A DNA stretch of 64,000 bases from positions 29,000-92,999 of the forward strand of contig CAWIMJ010000013.1 of NCBI GenBank assembly GCA_963837175.1, in the 5' to 3' direction. This document shows positions 45,296 through 56,436 of this stretch, piece by piece. The notes under the pieces were generated by a model that ran no database searches, was not told where the DNA came from, and saw only the letters and a program-made list of their open reading frames with translations. Positions within the stretch are counted from its first letter, which is position 1, and every line of letters starts with the position of its first letter. The stretch is from an uncultured Nitrososphaeraceae archaeon (GTDB lineage Archaea > Thermoproteota > Nitrososphaeria > Nitrososphaerales > Nitrososphaeraceae). Made by a program: the position numbers and the translations under genes.

Positions 45296-45937
45296 GAAGA
45301 ATATTAAAGTATTAAGTAAATTTTCAACTTTTTATTGTTCCAGTAATAATATTAAAAATATTTGTTCAAACAAGTAACACAAGAAGATATATTAGCATTT
45401 CTGAATAGTTCCATAGACCTGAATCATCAGAATCCTCTATAAGTGGATTGGAACTTGTAACATGTAAAGGACATATATGGTGCGTCTATTCAAATATTAT
45501 ATTATCCTGATATTGAACCCGGTAAAAGGCCTAAACCAGAAGTAATTGAGAATATTCCTCAATTAAAGAGAAAAGAAACATCAATCTACAAACCAACTGA
45601 TTTATGGACTGCAGAAGATGACCTGTTATTTTTGAAACACTGTTCTTCAAAGAGGATGAAATCTTATCATGCCATATCCGGGATACAAATTGCAGACGCC
45701 GTGAACTATTGAAACTCAATAAAGATATTGTATTCAAATTTACAGGAATCCCTCAATATACAGACGTTTTATTGAACGAAATCGAATAAAAGAACTTATC
45801 CTATCGACACTAATATAGCGAGTAAAAGAAACGATGACACAGAGCATTGACAACTATCGATGATGTATTGCATAAGTGATAGCTCTAATAATTTCGATGA
45901 AGTTTAAAATACATGAGACTAAGCAACTCAAATACTG

Positions 45938-46672
45938 CTAATCATTTTGTAATATATATGTAATATGGCCCAACTCTTTCAAAAGAAAGAGTTTATATAA
46001 TTTACGCCTTTCCCAAGGCTCCTTTATTAGCAAATGAGCAGAACCATATTGACTAAGTATTTCTTTTAGTTGTTTTTCATGTAAGAAATTTACTTCCAGT
46101 CCAGGCTTTATTTCTGTCATAAAACGGCTGACATCAAGATTTAAAAGGTTAATCAGTTTTAATCCGTAAAATGCTACAAAGGATGTAAATCGTGAAATAA
46201 TATATGAATTGTAATATACCTCCTGAATTATCAAAATACCGCCGTCATCTAGTTTATCAATTAACAATCTCAGCATTTTCTCAATAAGACTTGTGCTCTT
46301 GCCTCTAGTGTGTCCAATAAGATGATGTAAAACAGAATCTATGTGAATAACATTGAATTTTATGTTGCGTTTTATAGGAATTTTAAAACCATCAGCTACG
46401 AAGAATTCCACATCACAACCAGCTAGATTCTCCCTTGCTATTTCGATCATTTTTAAAGATAAGTCGAATGCAAAATAGTTTGCCTTTATGTTAGCGTTAA
46501 TTAAGGCTTTAATAAAATTCCCATTGCCGCATCCAATATCCAAAAAGTTGGCATCACCATTTGTTGGTATAATACTTTTTATCTGTTTTATTACAGATAA
46601 GTGGAATTCTGGACTTGGTGAATAATCTTGATGGGATGCATGAATCTCAAAAAATGATTTTACATTACTCAT
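45938..46672 (-). CDS. Class I SAM-dependent methyltransferase
   Basis: FLDIGCGNG, FDLS..MI, VLHHL. Confidence 0.88.
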   Translation of the reverse strand: MSNVKSFFEIHASHQDYSPSPEFHLSVIKQIKSIIPTNGDANFLDIGCGNGNFIKALINANIKANYFAFDLSLKMIEIARENLAGCDVEFFVADGFKIPIKRNIKFNVIHIDSVLHHLIGHTRGKSTSLIEKMLRLLIDKLDDGGILIIQEVYYNSYIISRFTSFVAFYGLKLINLLNLDVSRFMTEIKPGLEVNFLHEKQLKEILSQYGSAHLLIKEPWERRKLYKLFLLKELGHITYILQND

Positions 46673-46887
46673 ATTAATTTGCTAGCTAATGAGAACTTAT
46701 TAAACGTAGAGTCATAAGTATGTTTTATTTCCCTATTTATTATATCCAAAATTAAAATGTTTGAGTAAAGTTAGCAATAGTTTTTTCTTGATATTTTTTA
46801 ACAATCGAATAATTAACACTATAATACATACATTATGAATCAATCAATCAATGTAAATACTAGCTGATTCAGTTTAAACTTATGCCT

Positions 46888-46986
46888 ATGATAAAAGCAT
46901 CAATTCTTATGGTCATTTCATATTATCTTAGGGCAGGTGGTGCCGAGTCAGTTATCAAAAATCTTGTTGCTGTACTGTATGAATAA
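46888..46986 (+). pseudogene. Short GT4 N-terminal stub, paralogous to 28078..28467
   Basis: MIKASILMVISYYLRAGGAESVIKNL versus MDKASILMIVSNYFRAGRVEVVINNL. Confidence 0.55.
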
Positions 46987-47166
46987 CATATTGCACTACT
47001 AGCAATGTATTTTTTATTATCACTGTCCACTTTTTGGTATCGCTGATGATCTTGTGATAGCAGAGAAGAAAGTATACATAAGCAGGTAGATGTGCTCATG
47101 ATATTATTGATTGCAGAAGAGAATTAGTAGCAATATTGTGTTTGGTACTGTACTATTTGACTCTTG

Positions 47167-48441
47167 CTACCCTTTTCTTCTAATAACATCCATTAGTCGC
47201 TTTCCAATCATTTCCAACGTCAAGTTATTATTTATATTATTAAAGCCATTGTTTCCTAATCTCTTTGCTAGATCCTTATCATTTAGTAATTGCATTATTA
47301 ATTGAGCCAATTCTTCAGGCTGCCTTGTTGTAGCCACTAATCCTGTTTGAGTTTTTATAATGTATCTGCCTGTTTCGCCATTGGAAATACAAACTATAGG
47401 TTTTCCTAATGCTTGGTATTCTAAGAGTTTTGTAGGTAAGCCCTGATCCGCAACGCTAGAATCCAAATTCATAGGCAATAGAAATATATCAGCACTGTTC
47501 AGAACAGAGACCAATTGCTCTTGTGATAATAAATCCGTTCTAACTTCTACATTTTTTACATCATACTCTTTTACCATTTGGCTTACTTTATCTGAAAGTA
47601 CTCCTATTCCCCTGATGATAAAATACACTGGCTGTAATTCAAGAAGTTTTGCCGATTTAATAACAGTCTCAAAATCATAACCAAGATTTAGATTACCAGA
47701 ATACATTATTGTTGTCGTTCTTGTTTTTGTTGTCGATGTTATTTTTTTATTTTTATCATTATTATTAAGATTATTATCGATGGTAGAGGAGGAAGAAGAA
47801 TAATTTGTTTTAGGTATACAGAATTTCCTAGTATCTACACCATGTTCTATAACCGTAATTTTTTCTTGTGGTATACGATACTTTGTAATTAATGTTTGAA
47901 CATATCCATGGCTTATAGGAATAATTGCTACAGGTATGCGATAAGATATGCTTGCAACAAAGTCAAGTATTCTTTTAAAGAATCTAGACTTTACAATACC
48001 AAGATCGTAGAAAGCCTCCGGCCACAAGTCATCAACATTGCGAATAATATTTTTGCGAAATAGTACCTTATATATAAGAGCAGGAAAAAAAGCAAAAAAA
48101 CTTGGATTCATTGCAAATATGACATCAACTTTTCTTATGTGTACAAGACCAAAAAGTGATGAGAGCATAAATGAGATATGTAGTAACACTCTTTTAATAA
48201 GTGGTACATGAGCAAAACTGGGAACCCAGGTCCTTACTAGTTTTATTCCATCGATCTCTTCTAAAGATAAAATCCTCATTTTATATTTATTTGAAATATG
48301 ACCGTCAGGATAATGAGGGAATGCTGCAATAACTGTTACATTGTATCCCTGAAGTTTTAAACCTAATGCAGCATTATATGCCCGCATACTACTACCGTTC
48401 CAATCTGGTGGAAAGTATTGAGAAATCATTAAAATATCCAT
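47167..48441 (-). CDS. GT4 glycosyltransferase (WbuB-like)
   Basis: ISQYFPP, FPHYP.G, DLWPE, YSGNL, LPTKLLEYQALGKPIV. Confidence 0.9.
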   Translation of the reverse strand: MDILMISQYFPPDWNGSSMRAYNAALGLKLQGYNVTVIAAFPHYPDGHISNKYKMRILSLEEIDGIKLVRTWVPSFAHVPLIKRVLLHISFMLSSLFGLVHIRKVDVIFAMNPSFFAFFPALIYKVLFRKNIIRNVDDLWPEAFYDLGIVKSRFFKRILDFVASISYRIPVAIIPISHGYVQTLITKYRIPQEKITVIEHGVDTRKFCIPKTNYSSSSSTIDNNLNNNDKNKKITSTTKTRTTTIMYSGNLNLGYDFETVIKSAKLLELQPVYFIIRGIGVLSDKVSQMVKEYDVKNVEVRTDLLSQEQLVSVLNSADIFLLPMNLDSSVADQGLPTKLLEYQALGKPIVCISNGETGRYIIKTQTGLVATTRQPEELAQLIMQLLNDKDLAKRLGNNGFNNINNNLTLEMIGKRLMDVIRRKG

Positions 48442-49078
48442 TATAATACCAATTCTTTATTTCTTGATCTTCTTTTTTTCTATCTTATATTTATTTGTGT
48501 AGATTAAAAGACTAGCAGTAGAGTAATAGGCATTCAAATAAGTATTGACATTAGTTTTCCTTCTTAAGAATGCGTTCTTGTTTTCTTTGTAGATGAACTT
48601 CTCAGTTTATTGTAAGAAAAGTAATTCTGCAGGAGATACTAACCATCATGGGTGTCTCTAAAGGCGATAGATATTGATCATTTTATAATAGTCATTTTAA
48701 ACCGACCACAGGATCAATCAGAGGATATTTCGACACGGGAATAAGGAGACTTCACAACGAAGAATGCTCAGTATTTGAAGGAAATAGACAAAAAACATAA
48801 CTAGCAAAACAGGATGTTACTTAAAAGTAATAAAAGATATAACTATAATATTAATTGTACTATTACTTAGAAGTGCAGGATATAACTACGTATTCGAATT
48901 CTATGTCATATGATGATATGTTAGAAACGTTAAGAAAATAAGTAAACTTACATGTAGAGATATGTTTGGTAAACTGGTCTGACATATACGGAGTTTTTGG
49001 TCAACCACACAATTGATAATACATGTAACTCATTATTTACGATAGAATTTAGGTGTGTAATACATAATAATCAAATAT

Positions 49079-49498
49079 CTATCTGCTTCCTTCTCCATCT
49101 TCTTCCTCTTTTTTATTTTCAATTTCTCCAATGAACTCATTATATTGCTCATTTGTAATCAAACTGTTAAATTCTTCTTTGTTCGATGGTTTCATTTTTA
49201 CAATCCAACCCAAATCATATGGAGACTGGTTTATCCACTCAGGATGCTCAAGCAAGTCTTCATTGACCTCAACAACTTCTCCACTCAAAGCACAATATAT
49301 ATCAGAAGAAGCCTTTACTGAATCAATTATAGCCATAACCTGCATCTGTCTATATATACTACCGATCTTTGGTAATTCTATCGAAACTATATCTCCAAGC
49401 TGTCTCTGAGCAAAATCTGAAATCCCCATAACAGCCAGTCCTCCTTCTTTTATTATAATCCACTCGTGTTCTTTTGTAAATCTTTTGCCTTCAATCAT
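49079..49498 (-). CDS. gcvH: Glycine cleavage system H protein
   Basis: FTKEHEW, GISDFAQ..LGDIV, lipoyl-Lys in DSVKASSD, SGEVVEVN, INQSPY..GW. Confidence 0.96.
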   Translation of the reverse strand: MIEGKRFTKEHEWIIIKEGGLAVMGISDFAQRQLGDIVSIELPKIGSIYRQMQVMAIIDSVKASSDIYCALSGEVVEVNEDLLEHPEWINQSPYDLGWIVKMKPSNKEEFNSLITNEQYNEFIGEIENKKEEEDGEGSR

Positions 49499-49528
49499 AA
49501 AGATCTTTTTTAATGCTCCATAAAAAAC

Positions 49529-50599
49529 TTACTTTCGCTTATAGAATCGTGTACTACTAATAACTTTTGCTTTATACAATTTACTGCCGATATCAATTTC
49601 AATTAATTGATTAGGCAAACAGTCTATAGGAACAAAGCAAAAGCCAATAGACTTTTTTAGAGTTGGTGAAAAACTTCCACTGGTTACAAAACCTACTTTT
49701 TGACCATTCAATAATACTTCATTTCCGTGTCTAGCTACCCTTTTTTCTAGAACCTCAAACCCCACAAGCTTTCTATTTATGTATTGGGTTGTTAACGCTT
49801 TCTTTCCAATAAACTCTTCCTTTCCAAGTTTCACTGTCCACTTAAGTGGGACTTCTAAAGGAGTAGTATTTTCATTTATGTCATTTCCATAAAGCATCAA
49901 ACCAGCCTCTAGTCTGAGTGTATCTCTGGCACCCAAGCCAGCCGGTTTAATATTAAATCTGGAGCCTAGCTGTATGATCTTATCCCAAATATCTATTTTT
50001 GAAGAATCAACGAATATCTCAAAACCATCTTCCCCTGTATAACCAGTTCTTGATACCATGCATTCTATTCCAAAAATATTTGTAATAATAAGATCAAATG
50101 GCTTTAATTGATCCAAACTTGCACCAAATATTGTTTTCTCAAGAACATTTTGAGCAAGAGGACCCTGGAGGGCCAGAAGGGCAATTTTATCACTAATATT
50201 TTCAATAACAACTGACTTTGAATGCTTAACAATCCATTGGAGATCCTTTTCCACACATGAAGCATTAACTACAATAAGAAATTTCTCTCTATTAATCATG
50301 TATATGATTAAATCATCTATTATGCCTCCATTATCATAACACATAGGAGAATATAATGCCTGATGGTCTTTTAATTTTGAGATATCATTAGTTACTAATT
50401 TTTGGAGATAATCATAGGCGTCAGGGCCTTTAACTTCAAAACGACCCATGTGTGAAACATCAAATAAACTAACATTTGTTCTAGTGTTGATATGCTCGTC
50501 AATTATTCCAGAAGAATATTGCACAGGCATTTCCCATCCATGAAAGTTCAGCATTTTTGCTCCAAAAGATTTATGTATATTATAAAAAGGCGTCTTCAT
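49529..50599 (-). CDS. gcvT: Aminomethyltransferase (GCS T protein)
   Basis: GWEMPVQY, FDVSHMG, ALQGP, SRTGYTGEDGFE, GLGARDTLRLEAG, VTSGSFSPTL. Confidence 0.96.
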   Translation of the reverse strand: MKTPFYNIHKSFGAKMLNFHGWEMPVQYSSGIIDEHINTRTNVSLFDVSHMGRFEVKGPDAYDYLQKLVTNDISKLKDHQALYSPMCYDNGGIIDDLIIYMINREKFLIVVNASCVEKDLQWIVKHSKSVVIENISDKIALLALQGPLAQNVLEKTIFGASLDQLKPFDLIITNIFGIECMVSRTGYTGEDGFEIFVDSSKIDIWDKIIQLGSRFNIKPAGLGARDTLRLEAGLMLYGNDINENTTPLEVPLKWTVKLGKEEFIGKKALTTQYINRKLVGFEVLEKRVARHGNEVLLNGQKVGFVTSGSFSPTLKKSIGFCFVPIDCLPNQLIEIDIGSKLYKAKVISSTRFYKRK

Positions 50600-50681
50600 A
50601 TATGTAGGTCAGCAAAATAATTAACAATCAATGCGTATTAACTCTTATTATTATGGATACTATCGGTAAAAGTGTGTACAA

Positions 50682-51557
50682 ATGGAACTAATAAGAAAAC
50701 CAGTGTGGCTTAGAGTAAGAGCACCATCAGGGGAAAATTATACAAAGGTTAAACAATCACTTAGATCCCTCGAACTTCATACCGTTTGTGAAGAAGCAAG
50801 ATGTCCTAACATATCAGAGTGCTGGGGAACAGGAACAGCCACAATTATGATTATGGGAGATATATGCACTAGAGGATGTAGATTTTGTGCTGTTACTAGT
50901 GGCAAACCAGTAGCTTTACTTGATGCGGGTGAGCCAGAAAGGGTGGCTAAGGCAATTAAAGAATGGGGATTAAGATACGTAGTAATTACGTCTGTTTGTA
51001 GAGATGACTTAGAGGATGGGGGAGCAGAACATATAGCTAAAACAATCAAAGCCATACAACATCTATGCCCTAAAATAATAGTAGAATCATTGATCCCAGA
51101 CTTCAGAGGAAATGTGGATTCAGTAAAAAAGGTAGTTAAATCCCAACCACAAGTTATAAGTCATAATATCGAAACTGTACTTAGACTTGTGCCTAAAGTT
51201 AGAGATGCTAGAGCTTCCTATGAACAATCACTTTGGCTTTTAAAAAAAATTAAGGATATGAATTCAATGATTTATACAAAATCTTCTATAATGCTTGGTC
51301 TTGGAGAAACGGAAGAAGAAATTATTCAGACAATAAGGGATTTGAGATCAGTTGGAGTGAATATGTTAACCATGGGTCAATACCTTCAACCAACTCCTAA
51401 GCATTTGCCAGTTGTCGTATATATTACACCAGAAAAATTTAATTGGCTTAGGGAAATTGCAGAGAGAATGGGGTTTGTTTATGTAGCCGCTGGTCCACTT
51501 GTTCGAAGTTCTTATAGAGCAGCAGAATTTTTCATAGGAAATTATAACCAGGCGTAA
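50682..51557 (+). CDS. lipA: Lipoyl synthase
   Basis: CEEARCPNISEC, radical-SAM CTRGCRFC, HNIETV, GQYLQP, VRSSY. Confidence 0.97.
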   Translation: MELIRKPVWLRVRAPSGENYTKVKQSLRSLELHTVCEEARCPNISECWGTGTATIMIMGDICTRGCRFCAVTSGKPVALLDAGEPERVAKAIKEWGLRYVVITSVCRDDLEDGGAEHIAKTIKAIQHLCPKIIVESLIPDFRGNVDSVKKVVKSQPQVISHNIETVLRLVPKVRDARASYEQSLWLLKKIKDMNSMIYTKSSIMLGLGETEEEIIQTIRDLRSVGVNMLTMGQYLQPTPKHLPVVVYITPEKFNWLREIAERMGFVYVAAGPLVRSSYRAAEFFIGNYNQA

Positions 51558-51752
51558 GGTGTAATGATGTCGCTAGATACAGCATGTGTGTGCAAAATAT
51601 CTCTCGATACAATTTATGTTATTTCTTATTTCTGTACATTCAGAACAATACTTTATGGGATTTGTTGCTACTAACGATACATCATAATATGTTGCGTGGA
51701 GATTAATTTCTTGAAATAATGTCTAATATAAAAATATATATGTATAGATTTC

Positions 51753-52448
51753 GGCACTGTTCAGTTAACGGATAGAGCTATAGCTAAAAACATCCTATTA
51801 TACCCATAATGACTATATTCAAGGAAAGAAGTAGGGCCTCTTCAAAGTATGTTTATTACGCATTACAGCTATACTCTTCAGGGCTATCACTCAGGAAAAC
51901 GTTTGAAAGATTAACTGCGGTACGTATCAAAAGAAATCATGTCTCTATCTGGAATTGGATTCAACGATACAAACCAAAGAGGATATTTCAGGCTAGAAGT
52001 ACAATATCTGAATTCATAATTGATGAGACATTGATTAAAGCCGGTAGTGATTATGTATGGATTTGGGTTGCGATTGAGCCAATGAATAAGATGATTCTAG
52101 GCATTCGTCTCTCTATAGAGAGAGAAGTATGCTAGTTGCTGAACAGTTTATAAAATCACTGATTAGAAGATATGGAAAGCACAATATTTCAACAGACGGT
52201 GGTACTTGGTACCCACAGGCATGTAGATTTCTAAACATTGAACATCACAATCATTCCTCGATTGAAAAAAGCTTCATAGAAAGGACTATACAGTACATAA
52301 AGGATAGAACTGAATGTTTTGATGATTATTTTCCTTGTACAAGAATTAACTGCAAACTGGAGCACATAGTGAAGTGGTTAATTTTATTTGTAGATATGCA
52401 TAACAGAGAGCTCATAATAAAACGAAGAATTGTTAAATGAACAGGGCC
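51753..52448 (+). mobile_element. IS6-family element, near intact (one frameshift in an AG run near 52120)
   Basis: TIRs GGCACTGTTCAGTTAAC / GTTAAATGAACAGGGCC; perfect 8-bp TSD TAGATTTC; IDETLIK, STDGGTWY, IERTIQYIKDR in ORFs 51809..52135 and 52129..52440. Confidence 0.93.
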
Positions 52449-52799
52449 TAGATTTCTATCTATCAGCACACCAAACATAGGTCTCAGCTTTATGCAGACT
52501 TTATTTGTATGTGAATTTAGCTTTGTTATTAATACAATATATTTACAATCATTAATAAATAAGTCTGAATAAATGTGTTCATATCTGTTCAAATGCTTTG
52601 TAATGAGGATGATCTAAAAATACAAAAATTTGATAAAAGATATGTTGTTACCAATAATTAGAAACAAGTCATTAAAGTTACGCAATAGGCAAAAGATTGA
52701 TGGAAAGAAGAATAGGATTAGTTTAATTTAAATATGAAAAAATAAATGGAACAATAAGGTAAAAAACTTTCCTTATTATAATCTATTCTTTATGTTCGT

Positions 52800-53183
52800 C
52801 TATTGTCCCTGAATTGTGTATGGAAGGAACTGGATTGTTTGGGTGACAGGACAGTTTGAGATGCCGCTGCAAACTTGTTGGTTTTGTTGAAGGAACTGGA
52901 AGGCTGTATTACCTAATTGGAAGCCAAGCCCATCCTTTCCGCCGCCAAGAATACCGGAGTTTTGAACTGCACTCTGGGCTAAGCCGAATTTAATTGAAAT
53001 TGAACTTTTTTTATCGTTTACTTTCTTTTTATTATCTGGCTTATATTTTTGTGCGTCTGCTACATCGTATAAATGAGCGAATGGAACGATGTAAGCTGCG
53101 AGTGCTACAACAGCTACTGTCAGCATGATGATTCGTTGGTGTTTTATTATAGTTGTGCGTAGATTAGCATGTATATTTTCCAT
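52800..53183 (-). CDS. Small secreted Gln/Asn/Gly-rich protein with CSGxxxC
   Basis: Signal peptide ending ADA, Lys-rich spacer, AQSAVQNSG..NTAFQFLQQNQQVCSGISNC. Confidence 0.7.
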   Translation of the reverse strand: MENIHANLRTTIIKHQRIIMLTVAVVALAAYIVPFAHLYDVADAQKYKPDNKKKVNDKKSSISIKFGLAQSAVQNSGILGGGKDGLGFQLGNTAFQFLQQNQQVCSGISNCPVTQTIQFLPYTIQGQ

Positions 53184-53607
53184 GTAACCATAGATAGAAA
53201 CCTAGCTATAAAAGCCTTTCTTCTGAATAATTGTATGTTAATATTCCACTTTTTGGTAACTGCTATATATGTTGATTTTCGTAGTGATATTAGTCAATAT
53301 ATAGTAATTTTGATAAAATTGCGGTCATTATACAAAAAAATCGATCCTCTTTTGATATGTGATATTAGATTAAATTCGATTTGATGCACTTCCGAATAGC
53401 AAAAGCAGCATATATAAATTTAAACTTCTTACATTTAGTATAAAATTAACTTTTATATTTAATATGCGGGGATAATTATTATTAAAACATGCTTAAAGCA
53501 TCAGATTCCATATTGCAAATAAGCTACTTTAAACAGACCTTAAAGTCTTATTTTTCTATTTGTAATATTAGGGCATAAGACGAATTATAAAATCGCTTAG
53601 ATGTAGT

Positions 53608-54135
53608 CTATATATGTAAATCCCATTCTGCTTTTTTCCTATCATACTCATCTCTGGAGTATTTTATTCTAGCAGGATGTCCCATTACAACAACATCAGA
53701 TGGGACATCTCTGGTTACTACTGCAGCCATAGCTACTACACTGTTTTTTCCAATTCTGACTCCAGGCTTCATTACTGCTCTGCTGGCAATGATGGCTCCA
53801 TCTTCCACAGTAACTCCAACCATTTTTGGGCTCATAGGATATGGATCATTAGTAAAAGTAGCCCCGGGGCCAATAAAGACATTTTTTCCTATTGACGTTA
53901 ATGGAGGAATATATACAGAACCTTCAATTCTTGTATTATCACCAATTTTTACTTTATAATCTACATGTGTCAGAGAACCAATCATTACATTATCTCCAAT
54001 TATTGTATCGTTTCCAACATATGCAAAATGCCATATCTTTACATTTTTACCTATCCTTGCAGTTTTTGATATATAGTTTGTTACTTCTGGAGGATTAGAA
54101 TAATAATAATTATTTTGTTGTTCCATGCAACACAA
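53608..54135 (-). CDS. Hexapeptide-repeat N-acetyltransferase (WbpD/WlbB-like)
   Basis: IWHFAYV, VFIGPGATFTND.YP, VVTRDVP..VVMGHPAR. Confidence 0.9.
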   Translation of the reverse strand: MCCMEQQNNYYYSNPPEVTNYISKTARIGKNVKIWHFAYVGNDTIIGDNVMIGSLTHVDYKVKIGDNTRIEGSVYIPPLTSIGKNVFIGPGATFTNDPYPMSPKMVGVTVEDGAIIASRAVMKPGVRIGKNSVVAMAAVVTRDVPSDVVVMGHPARIKYSRDEYDRKKAEWDLHI

Positions 54136-55308
54136 CTCCCTTTAAGATGTCATAGATTTTCTTGCTTTATAACTCTATTATCATACTATTTGTGTCATGA
54201 AGTAATATTAACAAAACTTATCATATTTACTAACGAAATCCTGATCTTATTATCTTAGGATTATTATAAGTATAAAACAAAAATTGTTTATGATACTGCT
54301 AAAGTAATTTTTCAATTTCTTTATCATATAGAAAGTTTGCTACTAAAACCGAATAAAATTCATTTATAGTTCTACTAAAATCTAAATGGAGGAAGTTAAG
54401 TATTTTTAATCCATAAAATATTATTGACTATGTAATGTTAGCGATTATGTATGAAATATATATAACTTCATGACTAAAACTCCATTATCAGAGAGCGCCT
54501 ATCTATCAATAGGTTAAGCATTAGATTTACAAGAGTCATATTTTGAGATCTGGTATTTTTCAATTAGATGATGTAGGACTGAATCTATATGAATAAGATG
54601 GAATTAGATCTCGGATTTTATTGGTAGTTTGAATCAGTCTGAGACAAATAATTTTATTCTCTGGTAATCAAGATTGTTTCTAGCCTCATTTATCATATTA
54701 TGGAATACGTCTGTTCCAACAAAAAGCGCATCAATTCTACTCATTATTGTACTTTTTTATGAAACTGTCATGCCGGAGCAGCCTACATCTAAAATTAATT
54801 CTGCTACATGACTCGATTTTTTGTATATGGCTTATTATTGAAATGTAGAAACTTGGATCTTTATGATATGCCTGATGATGAGCATGATTATCAAAATATG
54901 ATTTGAATTTAGACATTTAGTTACTTTAAAATCTCTAGACTGTATTTAAGAATAATGTAATATTTGACCCTTTAGAAATCATCGATTGTTATCGTCTAGT
55001 TCAACAAATCAATTGATACAAGCTTTGTCATAATATCATTCCGTCTATATGTAACGAAGATGCCAGGATACAAAATACTTTCTTTCCTCAAAGAAAAATT
55101 AGCCCTTTAATCATATTGTATATGGCAGCATATTATTCAATTGGTACTCCACTAACAAGAAGGAAAAAGTTACTGAATATTTTAAAATGCAGATGAAGCA
55201 TATTGTCTCTGGTTTTCTCAATTATTGCTAACTTCCTACAAAGTTAGATTTCACTACTACTTGTGACAAAATAAGCACTAGAGAACAGAATGTATGAGAA
55301 CCCCTAAA

Positions 55309-56322
55309 TTAATTCCTGGTCATATTTACATTATTGTTGTTGTTTATCAAAGCTAAATAACTGGCAGTAACATAACTATCTTTCTCGAATTTTTTTAATG
55401 TATGGAAAACAAATGATATAAGAAGCAGTAGTGTACCCATGAGTACGAATCCAAGCGTTAGTAACGCAAGTGGAATACTAAAATATCCTGATTCATTGAA
55501 AAGTAGTAACATTTGTGATATAGTTAAAACTGCTGCGCTGATTAGAATAATTCCAATAATACCAAAGAATAGTAACGGTCTTCTATCAACAACAATTCTA
55601 AAAATAGTCGATACAATATTCGCTCCATGCAAAATAAAATTTTTCTTTGAAGTATTTTCTAATCCATGATATCTAATAGTTACAGGTACTTCAACAACAT
55701 GAAACCCGTATGACTCTGCTGTCACTAATTGTTCTATTTCTGCACCGTAGCCTGTAGAATTATAGCCCAATATGACACACAATACATTTTTAGAATATGC
55801 GCGAAAACCACTTTGGCTATCATTGATAGTTGATTTTATTAAAGATCTATTTATATGATTGATAAACGACAATCCAAATCCTCTGACCGTGGGAATTTCG
55901 CTGGAATTCTTCTCCAACCTTGAACCAATAACAATATCTGCCTCTCCATTTTTGATTGGTTCTAGCAGTTTAGGTATCTCTGCAGGATCATGCTGTCCAT
56001 CAGCATCTAAAGTAACTATAATATCTGGATTATATTTCAAACATTCAATTAATCCTTTCTTTAGTGCCGTGCCTTTTCCCATATTGCGTCTATTACGTAC
56101 AACCTTGACATTCATGGACCTGGCTAACTCTGCAGTATTATCATGTGAACCGTCATCTATAACAATAATCGTGGTAACGTACTTGCCAGTCTGCTCAGTT
56201 ATTTTCTGAATATTTTGGGATTCGTTATATGCAGGAATAATTGCCATAACAACTGGATCGGCTTTATCCCTAATAGTGGCGTTATCGAGGGAAAAGTTAT
56301 AATTTACTCCTGAGTATGTCAT
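55309..56322 (-). CDS. GT2 glycosyltransferase (DPM-synthase-like) with two C-terminal TM helices
   Basis: IPAYNE, IDDGSHD, GKG, LDADGQH, GSR, DSQSGFRAY. Confidence 0.92.
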   Translation of the reverse strand: MTYSGVNYNFSLDNATIRDKADPVVMAIIPAYNESQNIQKITEQTGKYVTTIIVIDDGSHDNTAELARSMNVKVVRNRRNMGKGTALKKGLIECLKYNPDIIVTLDADGQHDPAEIPKLLEPIKNGEADIVIGSRLEKNSSEIPTVRGFGLSFINHINRSLIKSTINDSQSGFRAYSKNVLCVILGYNSTGYGAEIEQLVTAESYGFHVVEVPVTIRYHGLENTSKKNFILHGANIVSTIFRIVVDRRPLLFFGIIGIILISAAVLTISQMLLLFNESGYFSIPLALLTLGFVLMGTLLLLISFVFHTLKKFEKDSYVTASYLALINNNNNVNMTRN

Positions 56323-56436
56323 CTAGTGCACATTATTGTGTTATTTATTAGATATAAAGACTTTTCTTAGATAATAATAATATATTTTATTTTGTAGTGA
56401 TCTATTTCAGATGTAAAAGCACTTAGTTTGAATATA

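Larger units (their letters stand above)
44130..45790 (+). pseudogene. Tyrosine recombinase/integrase relic interrupted by an IS5 element
   Basis: Left of the IS: TIASYIISMGIEINLSDNYRKN. Right of it: KWIGT, RPKPEVIENIPQLKRKETSIYKPTDLWT.EDD.LFLK.C..RDT.CR..ELLKL. Many indels. Confidence 0.65.

Noticed and set aside
54200-55290. Possible degraded glycosyltransferase relic
   Set aside because: No motif could be reconstructed with confidence.
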